From Pseudomonadota bacterium (GTDB taxonomy: Bacteria; Pseudomonadota; Alphaproteobacteria; 16-39-46), in contig JAFEBT010000002.1 of assembly GCA_018242545.1 (NCBI GenBank), positions 4,973-68,972 of the forward strand: a stretch of 64,000 bases of DNA. The letters are read 5' to 3'. A program made the translations under genes and the position numbers. Each line of letters starts with the position of its first letter. Position 1 is the first letter of the stretch. A model generated the notes under the pieces. The model did no database searches, was not told the DNA's origin, and saw only the letters and a list, made by a program, of their open reading frames with translations. Shown one piece after another: positions 10,764 to 20,972 of this stretch.

Positions 10764-11588
10764 ATGACACATACTCAAGCTGACATTGATACTTTTTTGT
10801 ACGAGGAAGGTCAAATTCCTCTTCATCTTCCTTCTGATTATGAAGGAATGCGCAAAGCAGGGCGTTTGGCTGCAGAGGTTTTAGATTATATTACACCTTA
10901 TGTTAAGCCGGGCATCACAACTGAACATTTAGATTCACTATGTCATGCTTTTATTATAGATCATAAGGCCATTCCCGCCCCTTTAGGATATAAAGGATTT
11001 CCAAAATCTATTTGCACCTCCTTAAATCACGTCGTTTGTCACGGAATCCCTGGACCGCGTACTCTCATAAAAGGAGATATATTGAATATCGATGTCACCG
11101 TTATTTTGGAAGGTTGGCATGGTGACACAAGTCGTATGTTTTATGTAGGAGATGTCGGTATAAAAGCACAACGTCTTGTAGAAGTAACCTATGCAGCAAT
11201 GATGCGCGGGATTTCAAAGATAAGACCCGGATCTACAATTGGCGATATTGGACATGCGATTCAATCTTATGTAGAAGAAAATAAATACTCCGTCGTGCGA
11301 GATTTTTGTGGCCATGGCATCGGTCAGTTTTTTCATGGTCCTCCAACTATTCTCCACTATGGCGAAAAAGAAGCAGGTATCGTTTTAAAAGAAGGAATGT
11401 TTTTTACTGTGGAACCCATGGTTAATGCGGGACGTTATGCTGTTAAAGTTCTTTCTGATGGATGGACAGCTGTAACGCGGGACCAATCTTTATCAGCTCA
11501 GTTTGAACATACGGTTGGTGTTACAAAAACAGGCGTCGAAATATTTACACTTTCCCCTAAAAATTACACGCTCCCTCCTTATGCTTAA
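10764..11588 (+). CDS. map: type I methionine aminopeptidase
   Basis: 274 aa with metal-binding residues in conserved context (HGIPG, DIGH, FCGHGIG, TVEPM). Confidence 0.93.
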   Translation: MTHTQADIDTFLYEEGQIPLHLPSDYEGMRKAGRLAAEVLDYITPYVKPGITTEHLDSLCHAFIIDHKAIPAPLGYKGFPKSICTSLNHVVCHGIPGPRTLIKGDILNIDVTVILEGWHGDTSRMFYVGDVGIKAQRLVEVTYAAMMRGISKIRPGSTIGDIGHAIQSYVEENKYSVVRDFCGHGIGQFFHGPPTILHYGEKEAGIVLKEGMFFTVEPMVNAGRYAVKVLSDGWTAVTRDQSLSAQFEHTVGVTKTGVEIFTLSPKNYTLPPYA

Positions 11589-11726
11589 CTTCTTTATTTC
11601 TTAATAAAAAACCGTAAAATCCTTAAAATTTGTACCATTAAAAGCAGTTTAGTGTGTCCCTTAACACCGCTTGATTTCTATCCTTAAGAGAGGAAGCTAT
11701 TTTTTCTTAAAAAACCCTAAAATTCC

Positions 11727-12092
11727 TCAAGAGAAAATTTCATCCCTCTTTTCAAAAAGAGGCCGAGGGTCATAAAAAAGTTCTATCCTTGAAATAAGCC
11801 CTTTTTCCACTTTCATAAGAACAGCTGCAGGAAGCTTCCCAATCGGATCTTGAAACTCAAAATCATAAGCCAGCATAACTTCATGGCCTGCTTCGAACTT
11901 GGCACGTATGGTTATCTTTTTTAAAAGATCACAAAGGTGCTTGGCAGCCTCAATAACAGCTTCTTTCCCTGTCATTTTTGCAAGAGGTCCAATGAATTGC
12001 ACATCAGGATGTAGGTATTGTCCAAGAACTTGAATGTTTTTTTCATCCATTGCTTTATAATAAGCTTCGACAACAGCGAGATTAGTTTCCAT
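11727..12092 (-). CDS. NTF2-like/SnoaL-like (ketosteroid-isomerase fold) protein
   Basis: 121 aa. The N-terminus (LAVVEAYYKAMDEKNIQVLGQYLHPDVQFIGP) is typical of the SnoaL_2 family. The gene is divergent from a TetR regulator. Confidence 0.6.
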   Translation of the reverse strand: METNLAVVEAYYKAMDEKNIQVLGQYLHPDVQFIGPLAKMTGKEAVIEAAKHLCDLLKKITIRAKFEAGHEVMLAYDFEFQDPIGKLPAAVLMKVEKGLISRIELFYDPRPLFEKRDEIFS

Positions 12093-12150
12093 AAGATTAT
12101 TCCTTTATTTGATTGACACATCATATTGGTTATAGTAAACTATATTCAAT

Positions 12151-12816
12151 ATGTCAAATCAAAAAAAGAGACCTTATTCTTCCGAAACGAGACGTGTGCA
12201 GGCCGCACAAACGAGAAATCGTATCCTTCTTTCTGCACGTGAGCTTTTTCAGGAAGAAGGCTTTGAAGCCGTCACCATTGAAAAAATTGCTCATTTATCA
12301 GATGTTTCAATTCCAACAGTTTATGCGCTTTTTCAATCAAAGCGTGGTATTCTACGCACACTCATGGATTTGGCACTTCCAAAAGAAAAGCATGACGCTC
12401 TTGTCGAGAAAGTCTATCAAGAGAAATCAGTCAAAAAACGCCTCCTCCTTGCAGCTCAGATTTCAAGACAACTTTATGATGCTGAAAGATCCCAACTTGA
12501 TCTCTTCCGAGGCGCAGAAGTTTTAGCGCCAGAATTTAAAGAACTTGAGAAAGAAAGAGAAGAGCGTCGCTATAAAAGATTAGAAAAGAGCATTAAAATA
12601 ATGGCAGAAGAAAAAGTTCTGCCAAAGGAATTAAGCATATCAAAAGCCCATGATATTTTCTGGACTTTCACAGGGCACGATATCTATCGTATGCTTGTGA
12701 TTGACCAAGGATGGGCATCTGAGGAATACGAACAATGGCTTGGTCAAACATTAATAAAAATGTTGCTGAGAGAAGAGTTGAAAAATCCCATCGATACGCT
12801 CATTTATGAAACTTAA
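12151..12816 (+). CDS. TetR/AcrR family transcriptional regulator
   Basis: 221 aa with an N-terminal HTH (RILLSARELFQEEGFEAVTIEKIAHLSDVSIPTVYALFQSKRGIL). Confidence 0.85.
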   Translation: MSNQKKRPYSSETRRVQAAQTRNRILLSARELFQEEGFEAVTIEKIAHLSDVSIPTVYALFQSKRGILRTLMDLALPKEKHDALVEKVYQEKSVKKRLLLAAQISRQLYDAERSQLDLFRGAEVLAPEFKELEKEREERRYKRLEKSIKIMAEEKVLPKELSISKAHDIFWTFTGHDIYRMLVIDQGWASEEYEQWLGQTLIKMLLREELKNPIDTLIYET

Positions 12817-13012
12817 AGCTAATAGGAATTTTATGATGCTTCTGCAAAATGGAAAATCTGTACGTAATTTAGTTTGCTCTTCTGACAATCATTTTACGCC
12901 TGAAAAAGATAGATTTGTTGAATCTATTCAAAAAGGACTTTCAGATGCAACAAAAGAACATTTAATAAGCACGAAAGAAATTAAAAGACGTCTTTTAAAT
13001 AAAGAGAATTAA
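12806..13012 (+). CDS. hypothetical small protein (68 aa)
   Basis: ORF overlaps the TetR stop by 11 nt. No motif was found, and its composition is only weakly coding-like. Confidence 0.2.
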   Translation: MKLKANRNFMMLLQNGKSVRNLVCSSDNHFTPEKDRFVESIQKGLSDATKEHLISTKEIKRRLLNKEN

Positions 13013-13256
13013 AAATACCTCTCAGATAATAAAGCACTTTTTCCATTTTACTTTAAATCTAAAAAGGTCTCCTCAATCTGAATTTTTAAGGTAAATCCAT
13101 CTTAAACTTAAAATTCTTTCATAAGAAAATAAGAATCATTGTAAAATGAATGAAAAAAAGAAACTTTTCTCTCTATATCTCTTCTACAAAATAGGGTACA
13201 AAAACGCACTACATCTCTAGTTTAGGGAGTAACGAAATTCTTAAATATATTTTATT

Positions 13257-14213
13257 TTGGAGATTCTTAAAATGAAATGTGCATTTGTTTTTCCAGGACA
13301 AGGTTCTCAAACCGTTGGAATGGGACGTGAAATATACGATGCGTTCCCAGAAGCCCGAGACGTTTTTCAAGAAGTTGATGAAGCGTTAGGACAAAACCTC
13401 ACACGATTGATTTTTGAAGGCCCTCAGGAAACACTTACCTTAACTGAAAATGCACAGCCGGCTCTTATGGCTGTGAGTATAGCTCTCTTACGTGTTCTTG
13501 AAAAGGCAAAGTTTGATCTTAAAACATATGTTCAATATTTAGCAGGTCATTCTTTAGGGGAATATTCAGCTCTTTGCGCTGCTCAAACCTTTTCACTCAA
13601 AGAAACAGCAAAACTTCTGCGCCTGCGAGGACAAGCTATGCAAGAAGCCGTGCCTCTTGGAGAAGGAAGCATGGCAGCTCTCCTTGGTCTTGAGCTTGAA
13701 ACAGTCGAAGACTTATTGAAAAATATATCTCTAAAGGATGAAGTTTGTATTATTGCAAATGACAATTCAATGGGTCAGGTTGTTATTAGTGGCCATACAA
13801 AAGCAATTGAGAGCGCTCTCACAGAGGCTACAAATCGCGGCGCCAAACGATGTGTCCTTCTCCCTGTAAGCGCTCCCTTTCATAGCCCTTTAATGGAAAA
13901 AGCAGCTTTAAAAATGAAAGAAGCTCTCGCGCACGTCTCTGGGAAAGATCCAATTATTCCTGTTTTTTCAAATGTTACAGCAGAGCCTATTTCAGATTTT
14001 AAAAAGATACGAGAGCTCCTTTATGAGCAAATCACACATCGTGTTCGGTGGCGCGAAACAATTCTTAATATGGCAACGCTTGGAACGCATACATTAATAG
14101 AAGTTGGGGCTGGAAAAGTTCTCACGGGACTTACAAAACGCATCGATCCTGATATAACAACATATGCACTTAATACCCCTCAAGACATTGAAATCTTTTT
14201 AAAAACACTTTAA
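13257..14213 (+). CDS. fabD: malonyl-CoA:ACP transacylase
   Basis: FVFPGQGSQ and the GHSLGEYSAL active-site motif are present. The true start is probably the MKC at 13272. Confidence 0.95.
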   Translation: MEILKMKCAFVFPGQGSQTVGMGREIYDAFPEARDVFQEVDEALGQNLTRLIFEGPQETLTLTENAQPALMAVSIALLRVLEKAKFDLKTYVQYLAGHSLGEYSALCAAQTFSLKETAKLLRLRGQAMQEAVPLGEGSMAALLGLELETVEDLLKNISLKDEVCIIANDNSMGQVVISGHTKAIESALTEATNRGAKRCVLLPVSAPFHSPLMEKAALKMKEALAHVSGKDPIIPVFSNVTAEPISDFKKIRELLYEQITHRVRWRETILNMATLGTHTLIEVGAGKVLTGLTKRIDPDITTYALNTPQDIEIFLKTL

Positions 14214-14248
14214 TAAAACCAATAACATCTTTAAATAAAGGAGAAGAC

Positions 14249-14986
14249 ATGTTTAATCTTTCGCATAAAATAGCCCTTGTAACAGGAGCTTCGGGAGCCC
14301 TGGGAGCCGCCATTGCCACGCTTTTTCATGAAAGAGGTGCTTTTGTTATTCTTTCAGGAACACGCCAAGACGCTCTTGATTCTTTAGCACAAACACTCGC
14401 TGAACGGGTTCTTGTCTTACCTTGTGACCTCTCAAAAGCAGAAGAAACCAATACCCTTATTGCGCGCGCTGAAGAAAGTGTTGGCCATATTGATATTCTT
14501 GTCAATAACGCCGGATTGACAGCTGATGGGCTTCTTATGCGTATGAAAGATGAAGATTGGGCTCGGGTTTTAGAAGTTAATTTAACAGCCACTTTCAGGC
14601 TTACACGTGCCGTTTTAAGGTCCATGATGAAAAATCGTTTTGGACGGATTTTGAATATTACTTCTGTCGTGGGCGTTTCTGGCAATGCAGGCCAAACAAA
14701 TTATGCTGCAAGCAAAGCAGGCCTCATTGGATTTTCTAAATCTCTTGCTCTTGAAGTTGCCTCGAGAGGAATTACTGTCAATTGTATTGCGCCAGGATTT
14801 ATTGGCTCTCCGATGACGGAAGTTCTTTCAGAAACCATAAAAGACCAAATTCTTAAATCCATTCCCATGGGACAAATGGGGGTAGCAAAGGATATTGCAA
14901 ATGCAGCTTTATTTCTTGCAAGTGATGAATCATCTTATATAACAGGACAAACACTTCATGTGAATGGTGGGATGTTAATGGTATAG
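14249..14986 (+). CDS. fabG: 3-oxoacyl-ACP reductase
   Basis: SDR fold with TGASGALG Rossmann motif and catalytic YAASKAG. Confidence 0.95.
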   Translation: MFNLSHKIALVTGASGALGAAIATLFHERGAFVILSGTRQDALDSLAQTLAERVLVLPCDLSKAEETNTLIARAEESVGHIDILVNNAGLTADGLLMRMKDEDWARVLEVNLTATFRLTRAVLRSMMKNRFGRILNITSVVGVSGNAGQTNYAASKAGLIGFSKSLALEVASRGITVNCIAPGFIGSPMTEVLSETIKDQILKSIPMGQMGVAKDIANAALFLASDESSYITGQTLHVNGGMLMV

Positions 14987-15163
14987 TTTTTTGGGTCTAT
15001 CTCATTTAAAAAGTCTTTACAAAAAGTGTTTGAAGCGTCATAAAGGGCAATATGCTTAAATTTTACATTTATCTTAAGCATGAAACCATGCTTAAATGAA
15101 ACAAGCAGCTGAGCCTTAAAGGCTTAGCATTGATATAATTTTTAATGAAAAAGGACGAACGAG

Positions 15164-15394
15164 ATGAGTGATGTTACTGAAAGAGTCAAGAAAATTGTTG
15201 TTGAACATTTAGGCGTAGATGCCTCAAAAGTAACCGAGAACGCAAGCTTCATTGATGATTTAGGTGCAGACAGTCTTGATACCGTTGAACTTGTCATGGC
15301 CTTCGAAGAAGAATTTGGATGTGAAATTCCAGATGAAGCTGCTGAAAAAATCTTAACTGTTCGTGATGCTATCGCATTCTTAGAACAAAAGTAA
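15164..15394 (+). CDS. acpP: acyl carrier protein
   Basis: 76 aa containing [20 protein letters not shown], with the phosphopantetheine-attachment Ser in DSLD. Confidence 0.97.
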   Translation: MSDVTERVKKIVVEHLGVDASKVTENASFIDDLGADSLDTVELVMAFEEEFGCEIPDEAAEKILTVRDAIAFLEQK

Positions 15395-15437
15395 AAAGTC
15401 CCATTTTTTAATCCGAACGGGAAAATGTACTTAAAAA

Positions 15438-15477
15438 TTTTGATTAAAAAACCCACAAACGAAGTTTTTTAATCAAA
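15438..15477 (+). terminator. perfect 13-bp inverted repeat (TTGATTAAAAAAC / GTTTTTTAATCAA) between acpP and fabF; candidate acpP terminator/attenuator
   Basis: The hairpin is read directly from the sequence. Partial termination after acpP is well established in E. coli. Confidence 0.45.
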
Positions 15478-15528
15478 AGAATTCTAAGATACTTAGATTT
15501 TGGGTATTTATTTTTTTAAGGAACAATC

Positions 15529-16794
15529 ATGCGACGTGTTGTTATTTCAGGTCTTGGTCTTGTAACTCCACTTGGAGTAGGCGTCCCTTATGTATGGGAG
15601 CGCCTTATTTCTGGGCACTCCGGTATTCAAAAAATAACCTCTTTTGAGACCGAAGACCTTCCGACTAAAATTGCAGGACAAGTCCCGCGCGGAACCACCC
15701 CAGGGTCTCTCAACATTGAAGATTTTGTAAGCCCAAAAGATCAAAAAAAGATGGGGGGTTTTATTCTATATGCTTTAGCAGCCGCAAGTGAGGCCTTAAA
15801 AGATGCCAATTGGGCTCCAACAGATTCAGAATCTTTGGAACGCACAGGTGTGCTTATTGGAGCGGGCATCGGGGGACTTCTTGAAATTGCAAATAATGCT
15901 CTTGCGCTTGAGTCTCAAGGTCCGCGCAGAGTAAGTCCTTTTTTTATTGTTTCTTCTCTTATTAACTTAGCTTCCGGCCAAGTTTCTATTAAGTATGGGT
16001 TTAAAGGGCCCAATCATTCCGTTGTCACTGCCTGTGCGACAGGTGCGCATGCCATTGGAGATGCTGCAAGACTGATCCAATATGGAGACGCTGATGTTAT
16101 GATTGCAGGGGGAGCTGAATCTACCGTATGTCGACTTGGGATTTCAGGGTTTAACGCTGCACGGGCTCTTTCAACGCAATACAATGATATGCCTACAAAA
16201 GCATCGCGTCCTTGGGATAAAGGTCATGATGGGTTTGTTATGGGAGAAGGAGCGGGTATTGTCGTTCTTGAAGAGTATGAACATGCCAAAAAACGGGGAG
16301 CTCCTATTTATGCTGAAGTTTTAGGGTATGGTCTTTCGAGCGATGCCCATCATATAACTGCTCCTGCAGAAGATGGAGATGGCGCTTTCCGAGCCATGAA
16401 AAACGCTCTCAGAAATGCAAATCTTTCGTCCGAAACAATTAATTACATTAATGCACATGGCACAGCGACACCGCCCGGTGATCGTGCTGAACTCCAAGCC
16501 GTGGGAAGGCTCATGGGAAACAATCGTCATCAGGTTTCCATGTCTTCTACAAAATCTTCCATCGGACACCTTTTAGGTGCTGCAGGAGGTGTAGAAGCCA
16601 TTTTTACAATTTTAGCGCTTAAACACCAAATTGTGCCTCCTACACTTAATCTTGAAAACCCACTAGATGAAGCTCAAGGATTTGATCTTGTTCCTTTAAA
16701 AGCAAAAGAAAGAAAGGTTCAATTTGCAATTTCAAATTCATTTGGATTTGGAGGGACAAATGCTGCTCTTGTTCTTGGGAACTTAATATCATAA
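15529..16794 (+). CDS. fabF: 3-oxoacyl-ACP synthase II
   Basis: 421 aa with the active-site TACATGAHAIG, plus HGTATPPGD and GHLLGAAGG motifs. Confidence 0.95.
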   Translation: MRRVVISGLGLVTPLGVGVPYVWERLISGHSGIQKITSFETEDLPTKIAGQVPRGTTPGSLNIEDFVSPKDQKKMGGFILYALAAASEALKDANWAPTDSESLERTGVLIGAGIGGLLEIANNALALESQGPRRVSPFFIVSSLINLASGQVSIKYGFKGPNHSVVTACATGAHAIGDAARLIQYGDADVMIAGGAESTVCRLGISGFNAARALSTQYNDMPTKASRPWDKGHDGFVMGEGAGIVVLEEYEHAKKRGAPIYAEVLGYGLSSDAHHITAPAEDGDGAFRAMKNALRNANLSSETINYINAHGTATPPGDRAELQAVGRLMGNNRHQVSMSSTKSSIGHLLGAAGGVEAIFTILALKHQIVPPTLNLENPLDEAQGFDLVPLKAKERKVQFAISNSFGFGGTNAALVLGNLIS

Positions 16795-16885
16795 GATCTT
16801 TAAGATCTCTTCTTCTCGAAATATATAAAAAGCTTTTGCTTAAGATTAAAGAGAACACTGAAAGGGCCTGTTTGGGATTTTATAA

Positions 16886-17905
16886 ATGAACATACCCCCT
16901 AAAATTTCCTTCTTTATAAAACTTCTAAAGGGTCAAGGAAGTGTTCTATGTTACTTTTTTGCTTTTACAATTCTCCTCATGACTGTTTTCTTTTGTTATA
17001 AGAAAACGTTTGCGCCAGGTCCTTTAAAAAGCTCTTTTACACTCGTTATTCCGAAAGGCACACGTACCCTTCAAATCGTCCATCTCCTTGCAGAAAAAAA
17101 AATTATTGATAGTCCAAATTTTTTTCATCTTTTATGCCGCCTTAATCATAAACCCCTTAAAGCTGGAGAGTATACTTTTTATCCTTGGATTAGCGCGTGG
17201 GAAGTTCTTAAAATTCTCAATGAAGGACGTGTCGTTGTTCATAAATTCCGCGTTCCTGAAGGGCTATCCTCCTTTGAAATCGTCACAAAGTTAAATATGA
17301 CACCTTCTCTTTCTGGATACATTATTGATATTCCCCCAGAAGGAACTCTCTTTCCCAGTACTTATTTTTTTCAATATGGAGAAGACCGACATACACTTTT
17401 GAATCGTATGGAAAAAGCCATGCAAGAAACATTAAAAGTATTATGGGAAGGAAGAATACCTAATCTTCCTTTAAAATCTCCAGAAGAGGCCCTTATTCTT
17501 GCCTCTATCGTTGAAAAAGAAACTGGCCAAAAAGACGAACGCAGACGTATCGCTTCAGTCTTTCTAAATCGTTTAAGAAAAGGAATGCCTCTTCAAGCAG
17601 ATCCAACAGTTATTTATGGGTTAACCTATGGGCGAAAACTTTTGAATCGTTCTTTATTAAGAGGAGACCTAAAACAAGAATCCTCTCATAACACCTATCT
17701 TCTTTTAAGTCTTCCTCCAACCCCTATTTGTAATCCAGGAAAAGCTTCTTTAGAAGCTGTTTTGCATCCCCTTGAAACAAAAGAATTATTTTTTGTCTCA
17801 AATGGTACAGGGGGCCATCACTTTTCACATACATATGCAAAACATGCAAAACATCATGCTGACCTTCGCAAACTTCGAAAAACTTTTGCCCGTCCTCAAG
17901 ATTAA
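16886..17905 (+). CDS. mltG: endolytic murein transglycosylase MltG (YceG family)
   Basis: 339 aa with an N-terminal TM segment and YceG-like domain. It follows fabF as in the conserved fab-yceG arrangement. Confidence 0.85.
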   Translation: MNIPPKISFFIKLLKGQGSVLCYFFAFTILLMTVFFCYKKTFAPGPLKSSFTLVIPKGTRTLQIVHLLAEKKIIDSPNFFHLLCRLNHKPLKAGEYTFYPWISAWEVLKILNEGRVVVHKFRVPEGLSSFEIVTKLNMTPSLSGYIIDIPPEGTLFPSTYFFQYGEDRHTLLNRMEKAMQETLKVLWEGRIPNLPLKSPEEALILASIVEKETGQKDERRRIASVFLNRLRKGMPLQADPTVIYGLTYGRKLLNRSLLRGDLKQESSHNTYLLLSLPPTPICNPGKASLEAVLHPLETKELFFVSNGTGGHHFSHTYAKHAKHHADLRKLRKTFARPQD

Positions 17906-17966
17906 GGATTTTCAAAAGAGCATAAAATAGGTATTGTAAAGACAAAGATTCATATTTCTTTTTATC

Positions 17967-18668
17967 TTGTCGCTTCCTTTCTCTTTTTGTAATTCGGATC
18001 TCTTATCTATGTTGAATGCCTCTCTTTCTTCTTCCACGTTTTCCATTCAACGACGTGGAATTATGTTTATTCTTTCATCTCCTTCAGGCGCAGGAAAAAG
18101 CTCCATTTCACGTGCTCTTCTTTCAAGTGTTAAAAACTTAAAGATGTCTGTTTCGATGACAACAAGACCTAAAAGACCGAAAGAAATTCATGGATTGGAT
18201 TATGACTTTGCTGACATTGAAACATTTTCAAAAATGATTTCCGAAAATAAATTCTTAGAATACGCTAAAGTTTTCGGCCATTATTATGGAACGCCACAGG
18301 CTCCTATTGCAGATTCTCTTGCATGTGGACAAGACGTTCTTTTTGACATTGACTGGCAAGGAACACAGCAAATTGCACAGCATTCACGGGGGGACATGGT
18401 AAGTATTTTTGTCCTCCCCCCTTCAACAGCGGAACTTGAGAAAAGACTTAAAACACGTGCTCAAGATAGCGATGATGTTGTTGCCAAACGCATGGAAAAG
18501 GCAGCCGATGAAATGAGTCATTGGGCTGAATATGACTATGTCATCATCAATGAAGATCTCGATCACAGCATTGAAGCTGTAAAATCCATTATTCAAGGAG
18601 AACGGTTTCGAAAGTCCCGCCAGGTAGGTCTTTCAAATTTCGTAAAAGACCTACGCTCTGGCAAATAA
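17967..18668 (+). CDS. gmk: guanylate kinase
   Basis: P-loop SPSGAGKSS and the GMP-binding region are present. The likely true start is the internal Met at ~18063. Confidence 0.88.
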   Translation: MSLPFSFCNSDLLSMLNASLSSSTFSIQRRGIMFILSSPSGAGKSSISRALLSSVKNLKMSVSMTTRPKRPKEIHGLDYDFADIETFSKMISENKFLEYAKVFGHYYGTPQAPIADSLACGQDVLFDIDWQGTQQIAQHSRGDMVSIFVLPPSTAELEKRLKTRAQDSDDVVAKRMEKAADEMSHWAEYDYVIINEDLDHSIEAVKSIIQGERFRKSRQVGLSNFVKDLRSGK

Positions 18669-18669
18669 C

Positions 18670-19230
18670 CTAAGGTTTTGGTGCACCTTCTGCATCTTTT
18701 GAAACTTGAGCTCCTTTTTCGTAAAGCTCTAAAAAGTTAACGGGCGCCAAAAGAACAGGAGGAAGACCGCTATCTTTTGTGATGTCCGAAATAATGCCAC
18801 GCACAAAAGGAAATAAAAGTCTTGGACATTCAATGAGGAGAAAAGGCTTTAAAATTTCTGCAGGAAGCTTTGGAAGAGAAAAAACACCTCCATATGAAAG
18901 TTCAATTAAAAAAAAGAGATCATCTGATTCTTTTTCACCTTTCTTGTTTTCTTTTTTTTGGTCCCCATTTGGAGCACCCGTTGCTTTAACATGCGTATTT
19001 AAAATCACTTCAAAATGATTTTCTCCAACCCCTTGTGCTTGAACTTCAATGTTCACAGAAAGTTGAGGAGGCGTTGTAAGGCCTTTTCCTAAAATTTCAA
19101 GAACACGGGGGTTTTCAAAAGAAAGATCTTTAATATATTGCGCTTGAACCTGAAGAGGCGTCGCAAGAAGCGCATTTAACGCCTGATTAAGGTCTTGGTT
19201 TGGTTGATCTACGGGTGGTGGCGTTGACAT
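18670..19230 (-). CDS. secB: protein-export chaperone SecB (carries a Lys/Glu-rich insertion)
   Basis: 186 aa. The N-terminal region (QVQAQYIKDLSFENP) and the C-terminal helix are SecB-like. An insert GDQKKENKKGEKESDD is present. Confidence 0.75.
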   Translation of the reverse strand: MSTPPPVDQPNQDLNQALNALLATPLQVQAQYIKDLSFENPRVLEILGKGLTTPPQLSVNIEVQAQGVGENHFEVILNTHVKATGAPNGDQKKENKKGEKESDDLFFLIELSYGGVFSLPKLPAEILKPFLLIECPRLLFPFVRGIISDITKDSGLPPVLLAPVNFLELYEKGAQVSKDAEGAPKP

Positions 19231-19530
19231 CTCTACCTCTTTCTTTTGATTTCTAATATTAAAATTTCATACAATCTCTACAGTCTTCTAAAAGAGTATC
19301 GATAAGGACTCAAAAAATCAAGGTGTTACCCCTTTTTTGCCTCAACAATACAATCCTTTTTTCAAATTTTAGAAGTATACGTCCAAGAAAGTGGTATAAA
19401 ATTGAAAAAAGGCCTCCGAAAAGGGATCGTAGAGCGAATTGGAAAGCGTAAAAATGTGTATAGACTGAAGAAGGTGACTCTTGTCGAGATTTAAAAATTC
19501 AGGCTTTAGGCTCTTATTTCCAAATTACAA

Positions 19531-19564
19531 GCTCTGAAGTAGCTCTGAAGCAACTCTGAAAAAT
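19531..19564. repeat. three tandem ~11-bp units containing CTCTGAAG, immediately 3' of the AlbA_2-family gene
   Basis: gCTCTGAAGta gCTCTGAAGcaa CTCTGAAaaat, read directly from the sequence. Confidence 0.7.
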
Positions 19565-19568
19565 GAGT

Positions 19569-20972
19569 TCAGAATCCCCTTAAAAAATATTTCTTTTCTG
19601 GATCATTATCGTTTCTTTTGATTTCTAGGATGACCCCTTTGTTAAGAAGCTCTATAAGGGATGCCCGCACTTGTCGAGTTGACATACCAATGGAATCTGC
19701 TATTTGCTTTGTTGAAAGGCCAGATGAATCTTCTAATAAATCTCTGATTTTTTGCTCAGTTGAAGAAAGTTTTTCTTCATGAATTTTTTTCTTAAACAAT
19801 GTAACTCGAAAAGATGTTCCAATTTCTTCAAACGTTGGCTTTTGCAAGCCTGCTGATTCACATGCGTCTATAATGCGATGAACTCCGCTTCCCCAACGTT
19901 CAATAAGTTTTAATTCATGAAAAACTCTAGAAATTACTCGATTCCTAATTTTGGACACTCCTGAATAAAAGTTATCGAAAGTCATTCCAAATGGCAAAAG
20001 CCCAGGATTTTCAATTTCAAGTCGGTCATTGTAAAGAGCAATTCTAATAGGAGATCCACCGAGACTATAATCACAATGCAAAAGTGCATTTATCAGGCTT
20101 TCTCTCACTGCAACTTGTGGCAAAGACCATTCTTCTTTGTGTTGCAGATCATTAATATGAATAGAAACGTTTAAATGTTTGCGTATAAACATCATCGCTT
20201 CTGGAATAGCGATCACAAAAGGAACATGGATTTCTTGAGAATCAATAATATGAGCTCTTGTTTCCCCTTGGAAACTACCAGCTTGAATCCACGCATCAGG
20301 TAGGTATCGAGCTTTGTTTTTTGAAAACAAAAGAACTCCACCATAAGTGACAGGACATGATTTTGCAGAATCATGCTCTCTATCTGCAAGAACGCCCATA
20401 GTCATCAGGTTTTCTGTCTTAAGTTTTCGAACAGTGGGAAAAGCACCTTTGACAAGATCCATATCAATATCTTTTATAGAAGACCCAGGAGCCTCTAGCT
20501 CATCAAAGAGTTTGGGACTTTTAGTGCGTCTTAAAGACTCAATCATGAAAGAATCCGCCACTCTATTGGTGGACCCGACACGTACATAAGTTGAAGAGGA
20601 CTCTCCCTTAAGCTTGAAATGGTAAGGACGAGAATTTCCAGGAAATACCTCGATTATCAACAAGTCTTTCCCTTGGTAAGAAATAGTTTCAATATTTGGA
20701 ACAACGAGGGGTTCAATAGAATCATATATAGAAGATGCTAGTTTTTCTTCTGCTTGCTGAACATTCTCAATCCCTTTGATTACTTTAGTTTTATCTTCAA
20801 TTCCCAATACTATTTTTCCACCAGATGTATTAGAAAAAGAGATGATCGTTGTCAGAATTTTTTGAATAGGATCGACTGTTTCCTTGAATTCAAGGACTTT
20901 ACTTTCATTTTGAGTAAGAGTTTTTTCTATATTCATACTCTGAAATTTACTCTGAAGTAACTCTGAAGTCAA
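19569..20972 (-). CDS. ATP-binding putative transcriptional regulator (AlbA_2 divergent-AAA DNA-binding domain + HATPase_c_4/RecG-C-terminal-like + C-terminal winged HTH)
   Basis: 467 aa. The N-terminus (ESKVLEFKETVD...ISFSNTSGGKIVLGIEDKTKVIKGI) matches the AlbA_2 pattern. The C-terminus (LSTKQIADSIGMSTRQVRASLIELLNKGVILE) is an HTH. Confidence 0.75.
   Translation of the reverse strand: MTSELLQSKFQSMNIEKTLTQNESKVLEFKETVDPIQKILTTIISFSNTSGGKIVLGIEDKTKVIKGIENVQQAEEKLASSIYDSIEPLVVPNIETISYQGKDLLIIEVFPGNSRPYHFKLKGESSSTYVRVGSTNRVADSFMIESLRRTKSPKLFDELEAPGSSIKDIDMDLVKGAFPTVRKLKTENLMTMGVLADREHDSAKSCPVTYGGVLLFSKNKARYLPDAWIQAGSFQGETRAHIIDSQEIHVPFVIAIPEAMMFIRKHLNVSIHINDLQHKEEWSLPQVAVRESLINALLHCDYSLGGSPIRIALYNDRLEIENPGLLPFGMTFDNFYSGVSKIRNRVISRVFHELKLIERWGSGVHRIIDACESAGLQKPTFEEIGTSFRVTLFKKKIHEEKLSSTEQKIRDLLEDSSGLSTKQIADSIGMSTRQVRASLIELLNKGVILEIKRNDNDPEKKYFLRGF
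20937..20972. repeat. three tandem 11-13-bp units containing CTCTGAAG at the 5' end (first codons) of the AlbA_2-family gene
   Basis: aCTCTGAAattta CTCTGAAGtaa CTCTGAAGtcaa. This is the same motif and orientation as the block at 19531-19564. Confidence 0.7.

Noticed and set aside
14326-14685. 119-aa minus-strand ORF inside fabG
   Set aside because: It is an antisense frame within a strongly conserved SDR gene. The locally higher GC of fab genes keeps antisense frames open.
18670-19230. Lys/Glu-rich insertion (GDQKKENKKGEKESDD) in SecB as a distinct feature
   Set aside because: It is probably a lineage-specific loop expansion in a chaperone. Nothing in the sequence suggests functional novelty.
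19531-20972. CTCTGAAG repeat blocks as a CRISPR array or insertion-sequence inverted repeats
   Set aside because: There are only three short 11-bp units per block and no spacer-sized unique intervening sequences. The blocks are direct, not inverted, and no transposase is present. They are not CRISPR or an IS.
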